DNA of 64,000 nt from Accumulibacter sp. (GCF_032229525.1 NZ_JAVTWB010000049.1:2315-66314); one strand, 5' to 3'. Counted from the stretch's first letter, positions 11,283 to 21,957 are shown. The notes: generated by a model from the sequence alone, not told the origin. Numbers and translations are program-made.

Positions 11283-12338
11283 TCATGGGCCATCCTCACT
11301 CTCGGCCAGGGCATGGGCAGCGCCCAGCAGGGCCGGCGTGGGAGAGAGCATTACATAGGTCGGGATTGTGGCCAAGTAGGCGGCGAAGCGCCCCTTGGCC
11401 TCGAAGCGGGTGCGAAAATGTGATCGATCAAACAGCTCGCCGAGGCGTGGAATGATACCACCGCCGAGATAGACGCCGCCCTGCGCGCCCAGGGTCAGTG
11501 CGAGATTGCCGGCCATCGAGCCGAGCATGGCGCAGAAAGTATCGAGAACCGCCCGGCACTGAACATCGCCGTTGGCCAGTGCCCGGGAAACGATCTCCGC
11601 CGGGGTCAAGGCTTCGCCAGCAGCGCGGCCGTCGACCTCGGCGACCAGACGGTGCAGCAGCGGCAAGCCGCTACCCGAAAGCAGGCGCTCGGCAGACACA
11701 TGCGGCAGCTCACGCCAGGCGAGGGCGAGGATCGCCGCTTCGCGTTCATCGGCGGCGGCCAGCGTGCAGTGCCCACCTTCGCCAGCCAGCGCCAGCCAGT
11801 GTCCGCGGTTGAAAAGTAGCCCCGAGACGCCCAGGCCCGTTCCCGGGCCGAGCACCGCCTTGGCGGCCAGGGGCACTGCCGTGCCGCCGCCGACCTGCCG
11901 CAAGTCGTTGGCGTTCAGGCGCGGCAGCGACAGCGCCAGGGCAGTGAAGTCGTTGAGCAGCAGCAGGCGGGAGAGCCCCAGCCGCGACTTCATTTCCTCG
12001 CGCGAGAAGGTCCACGAACCATTGGTCAATCGAATCACTTCGTCGTGTACTGGCGCCGCAAGGGCGATCGCCGCCGCCCGCAACGCGCTACAGCCAAGCT
12101 CGCGAAGGTAAGCCTGGATGGCCTCTACTGGGCCGGCAAAGTCAGCCACCGCCATGATCCGTATCAGATGCGGCGAGCCTTGGTGATCGAGCAGCGCAAA
12201 GCGTGCCCGTGTGCCACCAATGTCGGCAACCAGCATGCCCGCCGGGCTGCCGGCAGCCTCCGCGCGGGAAGGAACAACGGCCGCGTCGGATGACGCCGTC
12301 GAAGTGGAATGCTGGGGCGGGAGAGGGGCGATTTCCAT
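11283..12338 (-). CDS. glk: Glucokinase (E. coli Glk family)
   Basis: LVADIGGTRARFA, LLNDF, GPGTGLG, EGGH, SAERLLSG, GGVYLGGGI and FEAKGR. The start at ATG 12338 is approximate. Confidence 0.93.
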   Translation of the reverse strand: MEIAPLPPQHSTSTASSDAAVVPSRAEAAGSPAGMLVADIGGTRARFALLDHQGSPHLIRIMAVADFAGPVEAIQAYLRELGCSALRAAAIALAAPVHDEVIRLTNGSWTFSREEMKSRLGLSRLLLLNDFTALALSLPRLNANDLRQVGGGTAVPLAAKAVLGPGTGLGVSGLLFNRGHWLALAGEGGHCTLAAADEREAAILALAWRELPHVSAERLLSGSGLPLLHRLVAEVDGRAAGEALTPAEIVSRALANGDVQCRAVLDTFCAMLGSMAGNLALTLGAQGGVYLGGGIIPRLGELFDRSHFRTRFEAKGRFAAYLATIPTYVMLSPTPALLGAAHALAESEDGP

Positions 12339-12716
12339 GGAATTCGGTGGATCAAGCTGCGGCCACCACTTGCCGCTCAGTGTGGCAGGGCTGCTGCAGG
12401 TTCGAGATGAAATGCCCGGAGGCCGAAAACGATGGCCGGGCGTGAATATTCGCACCAATTACGGTGCTTATCAAAGAGCGATGCTGCGAGGCCGCGCGAT
12501 CCCCGGAAGAAACAGGGTCATTCCTTGCGAGTCTGTCGGTTGCACGCGGGTCCTGTCAAGGTGCTGTCACAATCTGCTGTTGCAGCGCGTGCAGCCTGCT
12601 GCCAAGCCTCCAGCAGACCCGTACAATCGTCAGCTGTGTCAATGGCTGCTGTCGCGTGCTCGATGAACGGGCACCGGCAGATGCTGTGCCGTGGTGTTCT
12701 TCTCCGGGGGCCGTCA

Positions 12717-14126
12717 GTGAACCATGCGAATCTGCTGCAAAAACTTGCCAAACTCGTTGGTGCCGAGCAGCTGCTTACGACGCCCGACGCCATGGCTCCC
12801 CATCTCGGCGATTGGCGTGGGCGCTATCGCGGTGCGGCGATCGCTGTCGTTCGCCCGGCCAGCACGGCCGAGGTGGCGGCGGTAGTGCGTGCCTGCGCCG
12901 AAGCCGGGGTGCCGATGGTGCCGCAAGGGGGTAATACCAGTCTGTGTGGTGCGGCAACGCCGGGGCCGGACGCGCTGTCGGTGGTGATCAGCCTGTCGCG
13001 GCTGAAGCGCGTGCGGGCCATCGATGCGGCGAACAACACGATCACTGCCGAGGCGGGCTGCGTCCTGCAGACGCTGCAGGAGGCGGCGGCGCAGGCAGGG
13101 CGCCTGTTTCCGCTGTCGCTTGCCGCCGAGGGAAGTTGTCAGATCGGTGGCAACCTGTCGACCAACGCCGGTGGCGTGCAGGTGCTGCGTTATGGCAACG
13201 CGCGCGAGCTGACGCTGGGTCTGGAAGTGGTTTTAGCGAGCGGCGAGGTTTGGGATGGGCTGCGCGGTCTGCGCAAGGACAACACCGGCTACGACCTCAA
13301 GCATCTGTTCATCGGCGCCGAAGGCACGCTGGGAATCATCACCGCGGCCGTGCTCAAGCTCTTCCCTTTGCCGCGGGCGACGGCGACTGCCTGGCTGGCG
13401 ATCGCCTCGCCGGCCGTGGCGGTGCGCTTGCTCGGTGACCTGCAGGCCTCTTTCGGCTCGCTGCTGACCGCCTGCGAGCTGATCTCGGACCTTGCTCTCG
13501 GTCTGGTCCGCAAGCATCTCCCGGGTTCTTCGCCGACGCTCTCGCCAAGCTCTTGGCACTTGCTGATCGAAGTGTCAGGCGGTGACGATGCACAAGCCGG
13601 GCAGCAGGCGCTCGAGGCCTTCCTGGCCGAGGCGCTGGAAAATGGCACGGTCAACGATGCCGTGCTGGCCCAGAGCAATGAACAGGCGCGGCGTCTATGG
13701 GCTTTGCGCGAGAACATCGGTGAAGCCCAGAAGATCGAAGGGCTGAGCATCAAGCACGACGTTTCGGTACCGATTTCGCGCATCGCGGAGTTCGTCGAGC
13801 GCGCCGACCGGCAACTGGCGCAGGCTTTTCCGGATATTCGCATCGTTACCTTCGGGCACATCGGTGACGGCAACCTGCACTACAACCAGTCGAAAGCCGA
13901 AGCGGGCGACAACGCCGCCTTCATTGCTGCACAGTCGGCGGTCAACCGCATCGTTCATGACCTGGTGCATCAGCTTGGTGGCAGCATCAGCGCCGAGCAC
14001 GGGATCGGCCAGTTGAAGCGCGAGGAACTGTTGCGCTACAAGAGCCCGGTCGAGATCGAGATGATGCGGGCGATCAAGCGAACGTTCGATCCGCAGGGCT
14101 TGATGAATCCCGGCAAATTGCTCTGA
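12717..14126 (+). CDS. FAD-linked oxidase (GlcD / D-2-hydroxyglutarate dehydrogenase-like)
   Basis: PQGGNT, GGNLSTNAGG, LRKDNTGYDLK, GAEGTLG, FGHIGDGNLHYN, SISAEHGIG and MNPGK. Probable GTG start at 12717. Confidence 0.88.
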   Translation: MNHANLLQKLAKLVGAEQLLTTPDAMAPHLGDWRGRYRGAAIAVVRPASTAEVAAVVRACAEAGVPMVPQGGNTSLCGAATPGPDALSVVISLSRLKRVRAIDAANNTITAEAGCVLQTLQEAAAQAGRLFPLSLAAEGSCQIGGNLSTNAGGVQVLRYGNARELTLGLEVVLASGEVWDGLRGLRKDNTGYDLKHLFIGAEGTLGIITAAVLKLFPLPRATATAWLAIASPAVAVRLLGDLQASFGSLLTACELISDLALGLVRKHLPGSSPTLSPSSWHLLIEVSGGDDAQAGQQALEAFLAEALENGTVNDAVLAQSNEQARRLWALRENIGEAQKIEGLSIKHDVSVPISRIAEFVERADRQLAQAFPDIRIVTFGHIGDGNLHYNQSKAEAGDNAAFIAAQSAVNRIVHDLVHQLGGSISAEHGIGQLKREELLRYKSPVEIEMMRAIKRTFDPQGLMNPGKLL

Positions 14127-14448
14127 GCCAACGGCTGCGGGTGCCTGCCGTGTCGAGCGGGAGTGTGGGCGCTAGCTCGCAGGCGGCGTGTTCGCGACGG
14201 CTCGCGAAATCGCGCGGCTACGCTTCCGGAATGATGCCCCCGGCCTTTTCATGGCGACCCCATCGGGATGCGGTAGAATGCGGCAGCCTGCCATCGCGTA
14301 GCACTGGGGCATATCGGGAGCTCGGCGATTGCTATCATCCGGAGCGCCGCCGACCAGCTCGAGGCGAGAAGATTTTGCCAGGCTGGTGCCGCGCTCAGAG
14401 GGCCGAGCGCGCTACGCAACGAGGTTATTGGTTAGAGGGAGAACCCGC

Positions 14449-15831
14449 GTGTTCAAGACAGTCCTTCGCTGGCTGGGGCTTGGCCCGGCTGCACCGGCGC
14501 CGCAAGACGCCTTCCAGCAGCTCGACGAAGTGGCGCCTCTGAAGTCCACGCAGGCCGAGGCCAGCGAACCGGCAACAAACAACACACCAGAAGTGCGTAC
14601 CTTCGTTTGCCGCGAGGAGCTTCTCGATCGCAGTGAGCGAATTGCCGGCTACCAGTTCGCGCTGGAGCGGAACCTGCAATCACCACTGCTGGACAAGAGT
14701 GCGAAGCTACGCCGCGTCTATGATGACGCCATGCTGCAGAATCTGGTGCCGCTGGGCGTGTCATCGATGTTGGGTGACCGCTTTGCCTTTATCCGGGTGT
14801 CGCCGGTGTCGCTGCGAAACCCTCTGTTGAAAACCTTCGCCCATCGGAACGTGGTGATTATGGTCACGCCTGGGGCGATGGCCGAGGCCGATCTCGCTGG
14901 CCTGCGCACCGACCTTCAGTACCTGCGGGAGATCGGTGTCAAACAGGGATGGACACTCGACCGCCCGCTTCCCGGGATTGCCGAGTTTCTCGATCAGGCT
15001 GAACTGATCGAAATCGAGACCACCGCTCTCGATGGCATTCAGCTGAAGGAAATGTGCGCGGATTTTCGCGCAGCGAAAGCTGGAACCCGGTTGATTGCCA
15101 GTGAAATCCGGACCTCGGACGACTTCAGCCTTTGTTACCGTAGTGGTTTCGACTACTTCATGGGGCCGTTCGTTGCCAGCCACGAGAACTGGCATCCACC
15201 GAAGAGCAAGATCAACCGGTTGCTGGTTTTCGAAGTGCTGAGCATGATTCGCTCGGGCGCCGAGTTCGGTGTCATCAGCGAGCGCCTGCGCAATGACCCA
15301 ATCCTGACTTTCAAGCTGTTGCGCTATATCAATTCGCCCGGCATCGGCCTGGTCAAGCACATCGACAAGATCTCACAGGCGCTACTGATCCTGGGTCGGG
15401 AGCAGTTCTACCGATGGCTTTCCTTGCTGCTCTTCGATCTCGATCAGCCCGGCTACGTCGGGCGCGTCCTCAACGAACGGGCGTTGACGCGAGCCCGCTT
15501 CATGGAGACGCTTGCCGGGCGCGGGGCAGTTCGTGGTGCCGCGGACACGCTGTTCCTGATCGGGCTGTTCTCGTTACTCGATGTGATGATGGGGCAAGCG
15601 CTCCCCGACATCCTGCGACAGGTTGCGCTGCCAGAAGATGTGCTTTTGGCGTTGCAAGGCGAGCCGGGCGGCCTGCGCGATGCGCTATCACTGGCGATAG
15701 CCGTCGAATTAAAATCTCCGGATGAAATTGCTGCCGCCGCTCTGTTGTGTGAACTCGCTGCGTCGGAAGTCACCGGCTTGATGCTCGAAGCGCTGGATTG
15801 GGCGCACCATGTAATTTCCGTCGGCGAATGA
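14449..15831 (+). CDS. Degenerate-EAL + HDOD domain signalling protein
   Basis: The EAL-like N-terminal half has GYQFAL and TLDRP in place of the usual (A/G)YELLFR and ALDDF. The HDOD half has DPILTFKLLRYINS, ALLILG and FLIGLFSLLD. GTG start after an AGGGAG RBS. Confidence 0.8.
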   Translation: MFKTVLRWLGLGPAAPAPQDAFQQLDEVAPLKSTQAEASEPATNNTPEVRTFVCREELLDRSERIAGYQFALERNLQSPLLDKSAKLRRVYDDAMLQNLVPLGVSSMLGDRFAFIRVSPVSLRNPLLKTFAHRNVVIMVTPGAMAEADLAGLRTDLQYLREIGVKQGWTLDRPLPGIAEFLDQAELIEIETTALDGIQLKEMCADFRAAKAGTRLIASEIRTSDDFSLCYRSGFDYFMGPFVASHENWHPPKSKINRLLVFEVLSMIRSGAEFGVISERLRNDPILTFKLLRYINSPGIGLVKHIDKISQALLILGREQFYRWLSLLLFDLDQPGYVGRVLNERALTRARFMETLAGRGAVRGAADTLFLIGLFSLLDVMMGQALPDILRQVALPEDVLLALQGEPGGLRDALSLAIAVELKSPDEIAAAALLCELAASEVTGLMLEALDWAHHVISVGE

Positions 15832-15858
15832 GCGCCAGCCCCAAGCCCGACGCGACGG

Positions 15859-16764
15859 TCAGATGCCACAGGCCTGGATGAGGAATTGCCGCAGCGCTTC
15901 GGCGGGTGCCCCCAGCCTGGCTTCCCGCTTCCAGAGCATGCCAACCTCCAGGTAGGGGATCGCATCGAGAATCGGGCGCGCCTCGATCTTCTTTCCTTCC
16001 AGCGACCACGGCCGGTACACCATGTCGGACAGGATGGTCACCCCGAAGCCGTGCGCCACCAGGCCGCGCAGAGCTTCCATGCCATTGGTGCGAAAGGCAA
16101 TGTCGGGCTCGATGCCGCGGGCCACCCAGTAGCGTCGGTTCGACTCCTCGCCTTCGTCGACCGTGAGCAGGATGTAGGGATGCGCCGAAATATCCGCCAG
16201 CGAAGGATAGGGCGTGGCCAGCACCGGGTGTCCGCCGGCCGCCCACAGCTGGCGTCGCGAGCGCATCAGTACGTGCTGCTCGAAGGGCTCCGGCGCCTCG
16301 ACGTTCGAGAGGATCACCACACCCAATTCGAGCTCGCCACTGTCCACCGCCGACTCGATGTCGCGCCGGGCCATATCGTGCAGATCGAGTTCCACGCCCG
16401 GGAAATTGGCGCGAAAGCGCGCTAGCAGTGGCGGCAGGAAATAGCCGAGGACGGTGTAGCTGGCGGCGATCCGGATGCTGCCGTCGAGGTGACTGGCGCG
16501 AAATCGCGGCTCGCGCAGGGCGTCCTGCAAGGAGTCGAGAATATGCCTCGCGTGCTGGTGAAAGCTGTGCCCCTCGGCCGTCAGCGAAACACCGTGCGGA
16601 TGGCGGGCGAACAACTTTACGCCGAGGCGATGCTCCAAGAGCAGAATGGCGTTGGTGATCGCCGATTGCGAAACGAACAACTTGGCCGCGGCCATCGAGA
16701 ACTGGCCGGTTTCAGCGGCCGCAGCGAAGTAACGCAGTTGCCTGAGCGAGACGTCCTTTGCCAT
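15859..16764 (-). CDS. LysR-family transcriptional regulator, divergent from ior
   Basis: HTH LRQLRYF...FSMAAAKLFVSQSAIT..I..LE..LGVKLF.R followed by a substrate-binding domain. Confidence 0.95.
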   Translation of the reverse strand: MAKDVSLRQLRYFAAAAETGQFSMAAAKLFVSQSAITNAILLLEHRLGVKLFARHPHGVSLTAEGHSFHQHARHILDSLQDALREPRFRASHLDGSIRIAASYTVLGYFLPPLLARFRANFPGVELDLHDMARRDIESAVDSGELELGVVILSNVEAPEPFEQHVLMRSRRQLWAAGGHPVLATPYPSLADISAHPYILLTVDEGEESNRRYWVARGIEPDIAFRTNGMEALRGLVAHGFGVTILSDMVYRPWSLEGKKIEARPILDAIPYLEVGMLWKREARLGAPAEALRQFLIQACGI

Positions 16765-16799
16765 CTGTTATTCGAATACCTCGACAATGTATTTGTGAA

Positions 16800-16828
16800 T
16801 TTACGATAGCAGAGAGTGTTTGTACCAT
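16800..16828 (+). promoter_or_regulatory. Possible sigma70 promoter for ior-ldh
   Basis: TTTACG-N17-TACCAT in the 99-bp AT-rich divergent gap; each hexamer matches consensus at 4 of 6 positions. Confidence 0.4.
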
Positions 16829-16863
16829 GCGCATAAAAAAGAGAGCCAACAAGGAGACAGGTC

Positions 16864-19800
16864 ATGAATGAGCCCAAGGACAACGCTGGCGCTAGCGCCC
16901 TGCGCAACGCGAGTCTCGACGACAAGTACGCTCTGGCCAGCGGCCAGGCCTACATGACCGGCATTCAGGCTCTGGTTCGCCTGCCGATGATGCAGCGCAG
17001 GCGCGATCAGGCCGCCGGGCTGAATACCGCTGGCTTCGTCACCGGCTACCGTGGCTCGCCACTGGGCAGCGTAGACCAGGAATACTGGAAAGCCGCCAGC
17101 TACCTCGAGCCGCAACACATCCGCTTTCAGCCCGGTCTCAACGAAGACCTGGCAGCGACCGCGGTGTGGGGGTCGCAGCAGGTCAACCTCGACCCCAACG
17201 CCAGCTACGACGGGGTATTCTCGATCTGGTACGGCAAGGGCCCCGGCGTTGACCGCAGTGGTGACGTGTTTCGTCACGCGAATGCCGCGGGAACGTCGCG
17301 ATACGGGGGTGTGCTGGCAATCGCCGGCGACGACCACGCGGCCAAGTCTTCCACCCTGCCGCATCAGACCGAGCACGTCTTCAAGGCGCTGATGATGCCG
17401 GTGCTCGCGCCTGCAGGCATCCAGGATTACCTCGAATATGGCCTGCACGGCTTTGCGCTGTCGCGCTATTCGGGTTGCTGGGTGGCCTTCAAGGCACTCA
17501 CCGACACGGTGGAAACCTCGGCATCGGTGAGCATCGATCCGTTCGCCGTGCACACCGTGATCCCCACCGACTTCCGCTTACCCGCTGCCGGGCTCAACCT
17601 GCGCTGGCCCGATCCTCCTCTGGTGCAGGAAGAGCGCCTGCTGCATCACAAGCTCTACGCCGCGCTCGCCTACTGCCGCGCCAACGGACTCAACAAGACC
17701 GTCATCGACAGCCCGAACGCCAGGCTCGGGATAATCACCAGCGGCAAGAGTTATCTCGACGTCCGTCAGGCCCTGGCAGACCTCGGCATCGACGACAAGG
17801 TGGCAGCCGAGATCGGCTTGCGCGTCTACAAGGTCGGCATGGTCTGGCCGCTCGAAGCAGAAGGCGTGCGTGCCTTCGCCGACGGACTGGACGAGATCCT
17901 GGTGGTCGAGGAGAAGCGACAGTTTCTCGAATACCAGCTCAAGGAAGAACTCTACAACTGGCGCGAATCGGTGCGCCCGCGAGTCATCGGCAAGTTCGAC
18001 GAAACCGGCGAATGGGCGCTGCCGCACGCCGAGTGGCTGCTGCCGTCGGCCGGCGAACTGACGCCGGCGATGGTGGCACGGGTGATCGCTGCACGCATCG
18101 CGCGCATCTACACTTCGGAACGCATCAAGGACCGCCTCGCGTTCCTGGAAGCCAAGGAGGCGGCGCTGGCCAGGCCGCACCCGTCGCTGCAGCGTGTGCC
18201 GCACTATTGCTCGGGTTGCCCGCACAACACCTCGACTCGGGTGCCACAGGGCTCGCGCGCGCTGGCCGGCATCGGCTGTCACTACATGGCCACCTGGCTG
18301 TCGCCGGAATCGACCTCGACCTTCTGTCAGATGGGTGGTGAAGGGGCGCCCTGGATTGGTCAATCGCCTTTCACCAGTACCCGTCACGTCTTCGCCAATC
18401 TGGGTGACGGCACCTACATGCACTCGGGAATCCTGGCCATCCGGGCGGCGGTGGCGGCGCGAGTGAACATCACCTACAAGATTCTCTACAACGATGCGGT
18501 GGCAATGACCGGGGGCCAACCGCACGATGGCAACCTGTCGGTGCCGATCATCGCCCGTCAGCTGGCAGCCGAAGGCGTGCAGAAGATCGTCGTGGTCAAC
18601 GACGGCAGCGGGCGCGCCTACGAGCGTTCGGGCTTGCCACCAGGCGTACCGATCCGCCACCGGGACGAACTCGACGCCGTGCAGCGCGAGCTGCGCGAGC
18701 TGCCCGGCGTCTCGGCGCTGATCTACGATCAGACCTGCGCCGCCGAAAAACGCCGCCGTCGCAAGCGCGGTACTTACCCTGACCCGGCCAAACGTGTGCT
18801 CATCAACGACCGCGTCTGCGAAGGCTGTGGCGATTGCAGCGACAAATCCAACTGCATGTCGGTGGTGCCGGTGGACACCGAGTTCGGCCGCAAGCGGGCG
18901 ATCGACCAGTCGTCGTGCAACAAGGATTTCTCGTGCATCAAGGGTTTTTGCCCGAGCTTCGTCACCATCGAGGGCGGCAAGCTGCGCAAGGGTAAAGCGG
19001 CGGAGGCCGGCGGCGATGCCTTCGACCAGTTGCCGATCCCGACACTGCCCGTCACGACGACGCCGTGGAGTGTCGTCGTCACCGGTGTCGGCGGTACCGG
19101 CGTGGTCACCATCGGCGCCCTGCTGGGGATGGCCGCGCACCTCGAAGGCAAAGGCATTTCGGTCCTCGACATGGCCGGTCTGGCGCAGAAAGGCGGTGCC
19201 GTCTGGTCGCACGTGCGTATCGCCGACCGCCAGGATCAACTCTACGCGGCGCGGGTGCCCGCCGGCGAGGCCAATGCGGTGATCGGTTGCGACCTGGTGG
19301 TGGCCGCCAGCGACGAATCGCTGGCCAAGATGCGCCTGGGACACACCCGGGTGGTCATCAACCGCGACCAGACCAACACCAGCGAGTTCGTCCGCGGCTT
19401 TGCCGCGCAGGCGCGCTCGGGCAACGTGCTGGCCAACCCGGACCCGGTCTTTCCCGGCCATTCGATGGAACAGCAGATCGTCGAAGCCGTCGGCGAAGAC
19501 CGCGTCGAGTTCCTCGAAGCGTCGCGATTGGCCACCGAATTGCTCGGCGACTCGATCGCCACCAACCTGTTCATGCTCGGTTACGCCTGGCAGCAGGGAC
19601 TGGTGCCGCTCGGCAAGGCGGCAATCATGCGCGCCATCGAGATCAATGGCACGGCAGTCGCCGGCAACAAGGCGGCGTTCCAGTGGGGTCGTCGCGCGGC
19701 GGTTGATCCGGCAGCGGTGAACGAGGCCGCCCGGCCGCAAAGCGGTCTGCCGGAGCATCACCGCTTGTCCACCAGCGTCGAGGAAGTGATTGCACGCCGC

Positions 19801-20466
19801 CGGGAGCAACTCTCTGCATACCAGGATGCCGCCTACGCCGACCGCTACACGCGGTTGGTGAGCCGCGTGCGCGAGGCCGAAGAGGCCATGGCGCCAGGCA
19901 TCACCTTGCTCACCGAGGCTGTCGCGCGCGGCTACTACAAGCTGCTGGCCTACAAGGACGAGTACGAAGTGGCGCGGCTATACAGCGATGGCGATTTCCT
20001 CAAGCGGGTCGAGGAAAGCTTCGAGGGTGACTACCGGATTGTCTTCCACCTGGCGCCGCCGCTGTTGGCGAAGAAGGACCCCGGTGGTCAGCTGATGAAG
20101 CGCAGCTACGGTCCCTGGATGCTCAAAGGGCTGCGTTTGTTGACGCGTTTCAAGCGCCTGCGAGGCGGTGTGCTCGATCCTTTCGCGCGCAGCGCCGAGC
20201 GCAAGCTCGACCGGCAACTGATCGTTGACTACGAGGCTGTGCTGGCCGAGATCATCGCCGCCTTGGCGCCTGATAACCACGCGGCCGCCCTCGAGCTCGC
20301 CAGCCTGCCCGAGCAAGTGCGGGGTTTTGGCCATGTGCGCGAGCGCTACCATGCCTCCGCCAAACAGCGCGAGGCCATGCTGTTGACTGCCTTTCGCAAC
20401 CGCGAAGCACCTGCGGCCAGCGGGCAGCCGCGCCCGCGCAAGACGATTGCGGTGATCCCGGGCTGA
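16864..20466 (+). CDS. Indolepyruvate ferredoxin oxidoreductase family protein (fused alpha/beta)
   Basis: GYRGSPLG, NEDLAATA, WYGKGPG, YCSGCPH, TPP-binding GDGTYMHSG, ferredoxin-like CEGCGDC..SNC...CP, and GVGGTG. Confidence 0.93.
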   Translation: MNEPKDNAGASALRNASLDDKYALASGQAYMTGIQALVRLPMMQRRRDQAAGLNTAGFVTGYRGSPLGSVDQEYWKAASYLEPQHIRFQPGLNEDLAATAVWGSQQVNLDPNASYDGVFSIWYGKGPGVDRSGDVFRHANAAGTSRYGGVLAIAGDDHAAKSSTLPHQTEHVFKALMMPVLAPAGIQDYLEYGLHGFALSRYSGCWVAFKALTDTVETSASVSIDPFAVHTVIPTDFRLPAAGLNLRWPDPPLVQEERLLHHKLYAALAYCRANGLNKTVIDSPNARLGIITSGKSYLDVRQALADLGIDDKVAAEIGLRVYKVGMVWPLEAEGVRAFADGLDEILVVEEKRQFLEYQLKEELYNWRESVRPRVIGKFDETGEWALPHAEWLLPSAGELTPAMVARVIAARIARIYTSERIKDRLAFLEAKEAALARPHPSLQRVPHYCSGCPHNTSTRVPQGSRALAGIGCHYMATWLSPESTSTFCQMGGEGAPWIGQSPFTSTRHVFANLGDGTYMHSGILAIRAAVAARVNITYKILYNDAVAMTGGQPHDGNLSVPIIARQLAAEGVQKIVVVNDGSGRAYERSGLPPGVPIRHRDELDAVQRELRELPGVSALIYDQTCAAEKRRRRKRGTYPDPAKRVLINDRVCEGCGDCSDKSNCMSVVPVDTEFGRKRAIDQSSCNKDFSCIKGFCPSFVTIEGGKLRKGKAAEAGGDAFDQLPIPTLPVTTTPWSVVVTGVGGTGVVTIGALLGMAAHLEGKGISVLDMAGLAQKGGAVWSHVRIADRQDQLYAARVPAGEANAVIGCDLVVAASDESLAKMRLGHTRVVINRDQTNTSEFVRGFAAQARSGNVLANPDPVFPGHSMEQQIVEAVGEDRVEFLEASRLATELLGDSIATNLFMLGYAWQQGLVPLGKAAIMRAIEINGTAVAGNKAAFQWGRRAAVDPAAVNEAARPQSGLPEHHRLSTSVEEVIARRREQLSAYQDAAYADRYTRLVSRVREAEEAMAPGITLLTEAVARGYYKLLAYKDEYEVARLYSDGDFLKRVEESFEGDYRIVFHLAPPLLAKKDPGGQLMKRSYGPWMLKGLRLLTRFKRLRGGVLDPFARSAERKLDRQLIVDYEAVLAEIIAALAPDNHAAALELASLPEQVRGFGHVRERYHASAKQREAMLLTAFRNREAPAASGQPRPRKTIAVIPG

Positions 20467-20539
20467 TCCCCGCGCCGCTGTTCCAGGCAACCAGCCTTGA
20501 CCGGCCTGGCACACCCTTGATGACCAGAAAAGGAGAGAC

Positions 20540-21589
20540 ATGGCCGTATTTTCCCTGAGCGATTTCGCCGACCACGAACAAGTCGTGTTCTGCAGCGACG
20601 ACAAGAGCGGGCTGAAAGCGATCATCGCCGTGCACAATTCCAATCTCGGTCCCGCGCTGGGTGGCTGCCGCATGTGGGCCTACGCCAGCGAAGAGGACGC
20701 GGTGCGCGACGTGCTGCGCCTGTCACGCGGCATGACCTACAAGTCGGCGATGGCCAACCTCAAATTGGGCGGCGGCAAGGCGGTGGTGATCGGCAATCCG
20801 CGTCTCGACAAGACGCCGCAGCTGCTGCAAGCACTGGCGCGCGCGATTGACCGCTTGAACGGCCGCTACATCGCTGCCGAGGACTCCGGTACCAACGTCG
20901 CGGACATGAAACTGATGCGCCAGATCACGCCGCATATCGCCGGCATCGAGGACAAGCAAAGCGACGTCGGCATGCGTAGCGGCGACCCGTCGCCGGCCAC
21001 CGCCTACGGCACTTTTGTCGGCATCCGCGCGGCAGTGAAGGAGAAGCTCGGTCGCGACTCGCTGGACGGCTTGCGCGTCGCCCTGCAGGGGGTCGGCAAT
21101 GTCGGTTTCGATCTCGCGTCTCAGCTGCACGCGGCCGGAGCGAAGCTGTGGGTGGCGGACGTTCACCCGGAGCAGGTCGATCGTGCCCGCGACGAACTGG
21201 CCGCCACCGTTGTCGGAGTGGAGGAGATCTACGCGCAGGACGTGGACGTCTTCGCGCCCTGTGCGCTGGGCGCCGTGCTCAACGACAAGACCATTCCGCA
21301 GCTCAAGGCGCCGATCATCGCCGGCGCATCGAACAACCAGTTGGCCGAAACGCGCCATGGCGTGGACCTGATGAAGCGCGGCATCCTGTACGCACCGGAC
21401 TACGTGATCAACGCCGGCGGCATCATCGACATCTATCACGAGCGTATCGGCTTTGACCGTGATGCCCTGATCCACCACATCGATGGCATCTACGACAACC
21501 TGATGGAAATTTTCGACCGCGCCCGCCAGGAACAACGCCCGACCGGCGAAGTGGCCGACGTGATTGCCGAAGAACGCTTCCGCCGCTGA
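20540..21589 (+). CDS. Leu/Phe/Val amino-acid dehydrogenase
   Basis: [49 protein letters not shown] and [10 protein letters not shown]. Confidence 0.93.
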   Translation: MAVFSLSDFADHEQVVFCSDDKSGLKAIIAVHNSNLGPALGGCRMWAYASEEDAVRDVLRLSRGMTYKSAMANLKLGGGKAVVIGNPRLDKTPQLLQALARAIDRLNGRYIAAEDSGTNVADMKLMRQITPHIAGIEDKQSDVGMRSGDPSPATAYGTFVGIRAAVKEKLGRDSLDGLRVALQGVGNVGFDLASQLHAAGAKLWVADVHPEQVDRARDELAATVVGVEEIYAQDVDVFAPCALGAVLNDKTIPQLKAPIIAGASNNQLAETRHGVDLMKRGILYAPDYVINAGGIIDIYHERIGFDRDALIHHIDGIYDNLMEIFDRARQEQRPTGEVADVIAEERFRR

Positions 21590-21846
21590 TATCCAGGCTG
21601 CCCGTGCGCCGCTCTTCGATGGTGGTGCGCGCGGGCAACTTGGCCATCTTGTCTCGCCACGCCACGACGACAATCGCCAGAGGCGCGATCATGATCGGCT
21701 AATCCCAACGCAGCGTGGTCGTTAAACTCGCGCATCGGTTTTTCCAGGGCCGCAGGCGGGTTTGGCCGTCGGCTGCCGTTCGTTCCGGCAGCCAGCGACG
21801 CCGGGGTCCAGGCCCTTTGCATGGTCAACCGCAGTCAACTCCGCGA

Positions 21847-21876
21847 TTGACAGCGCTTGATGGCGGTACCTATACT
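21847..21876 (+). promoter_or_regulatory. sigma70 promoter for the CheY-CheC-GGDEF cassette
   Basis: TTGACA (21847-21852)-N18-TATACT (21871-21876), about 80 bp upstream of the response-regulator ATG. Confidence 0.65.
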
Positions 21877-21957
21877 CCCGAATGGTTCGGTTCGCCAACC
21901 CTTCCTGCTATCCTCTTGATTTTATTTGTAGATTATTGGAAATATTGACTGCCGATC

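Noticed and set aside
12451-12468. GCACC-AATTAC-GGTGC palindrome upstream of glk as an NtrC site
   Set aside because: The spacer is one base longer than the NtrC consensus and no sigma54 box was found nearby. It could still be another regulator's site.
17578-19809. 743-aa minus-strand ORF inside ior
   Set aside because: Antisense shadow with no recognisable domain.
21490-21828. Short minus-strand ORFs between ldh and the response regulator
   Set aside because: No family resemblance and no RBS. No riboswitch-like pattern was recognised either.
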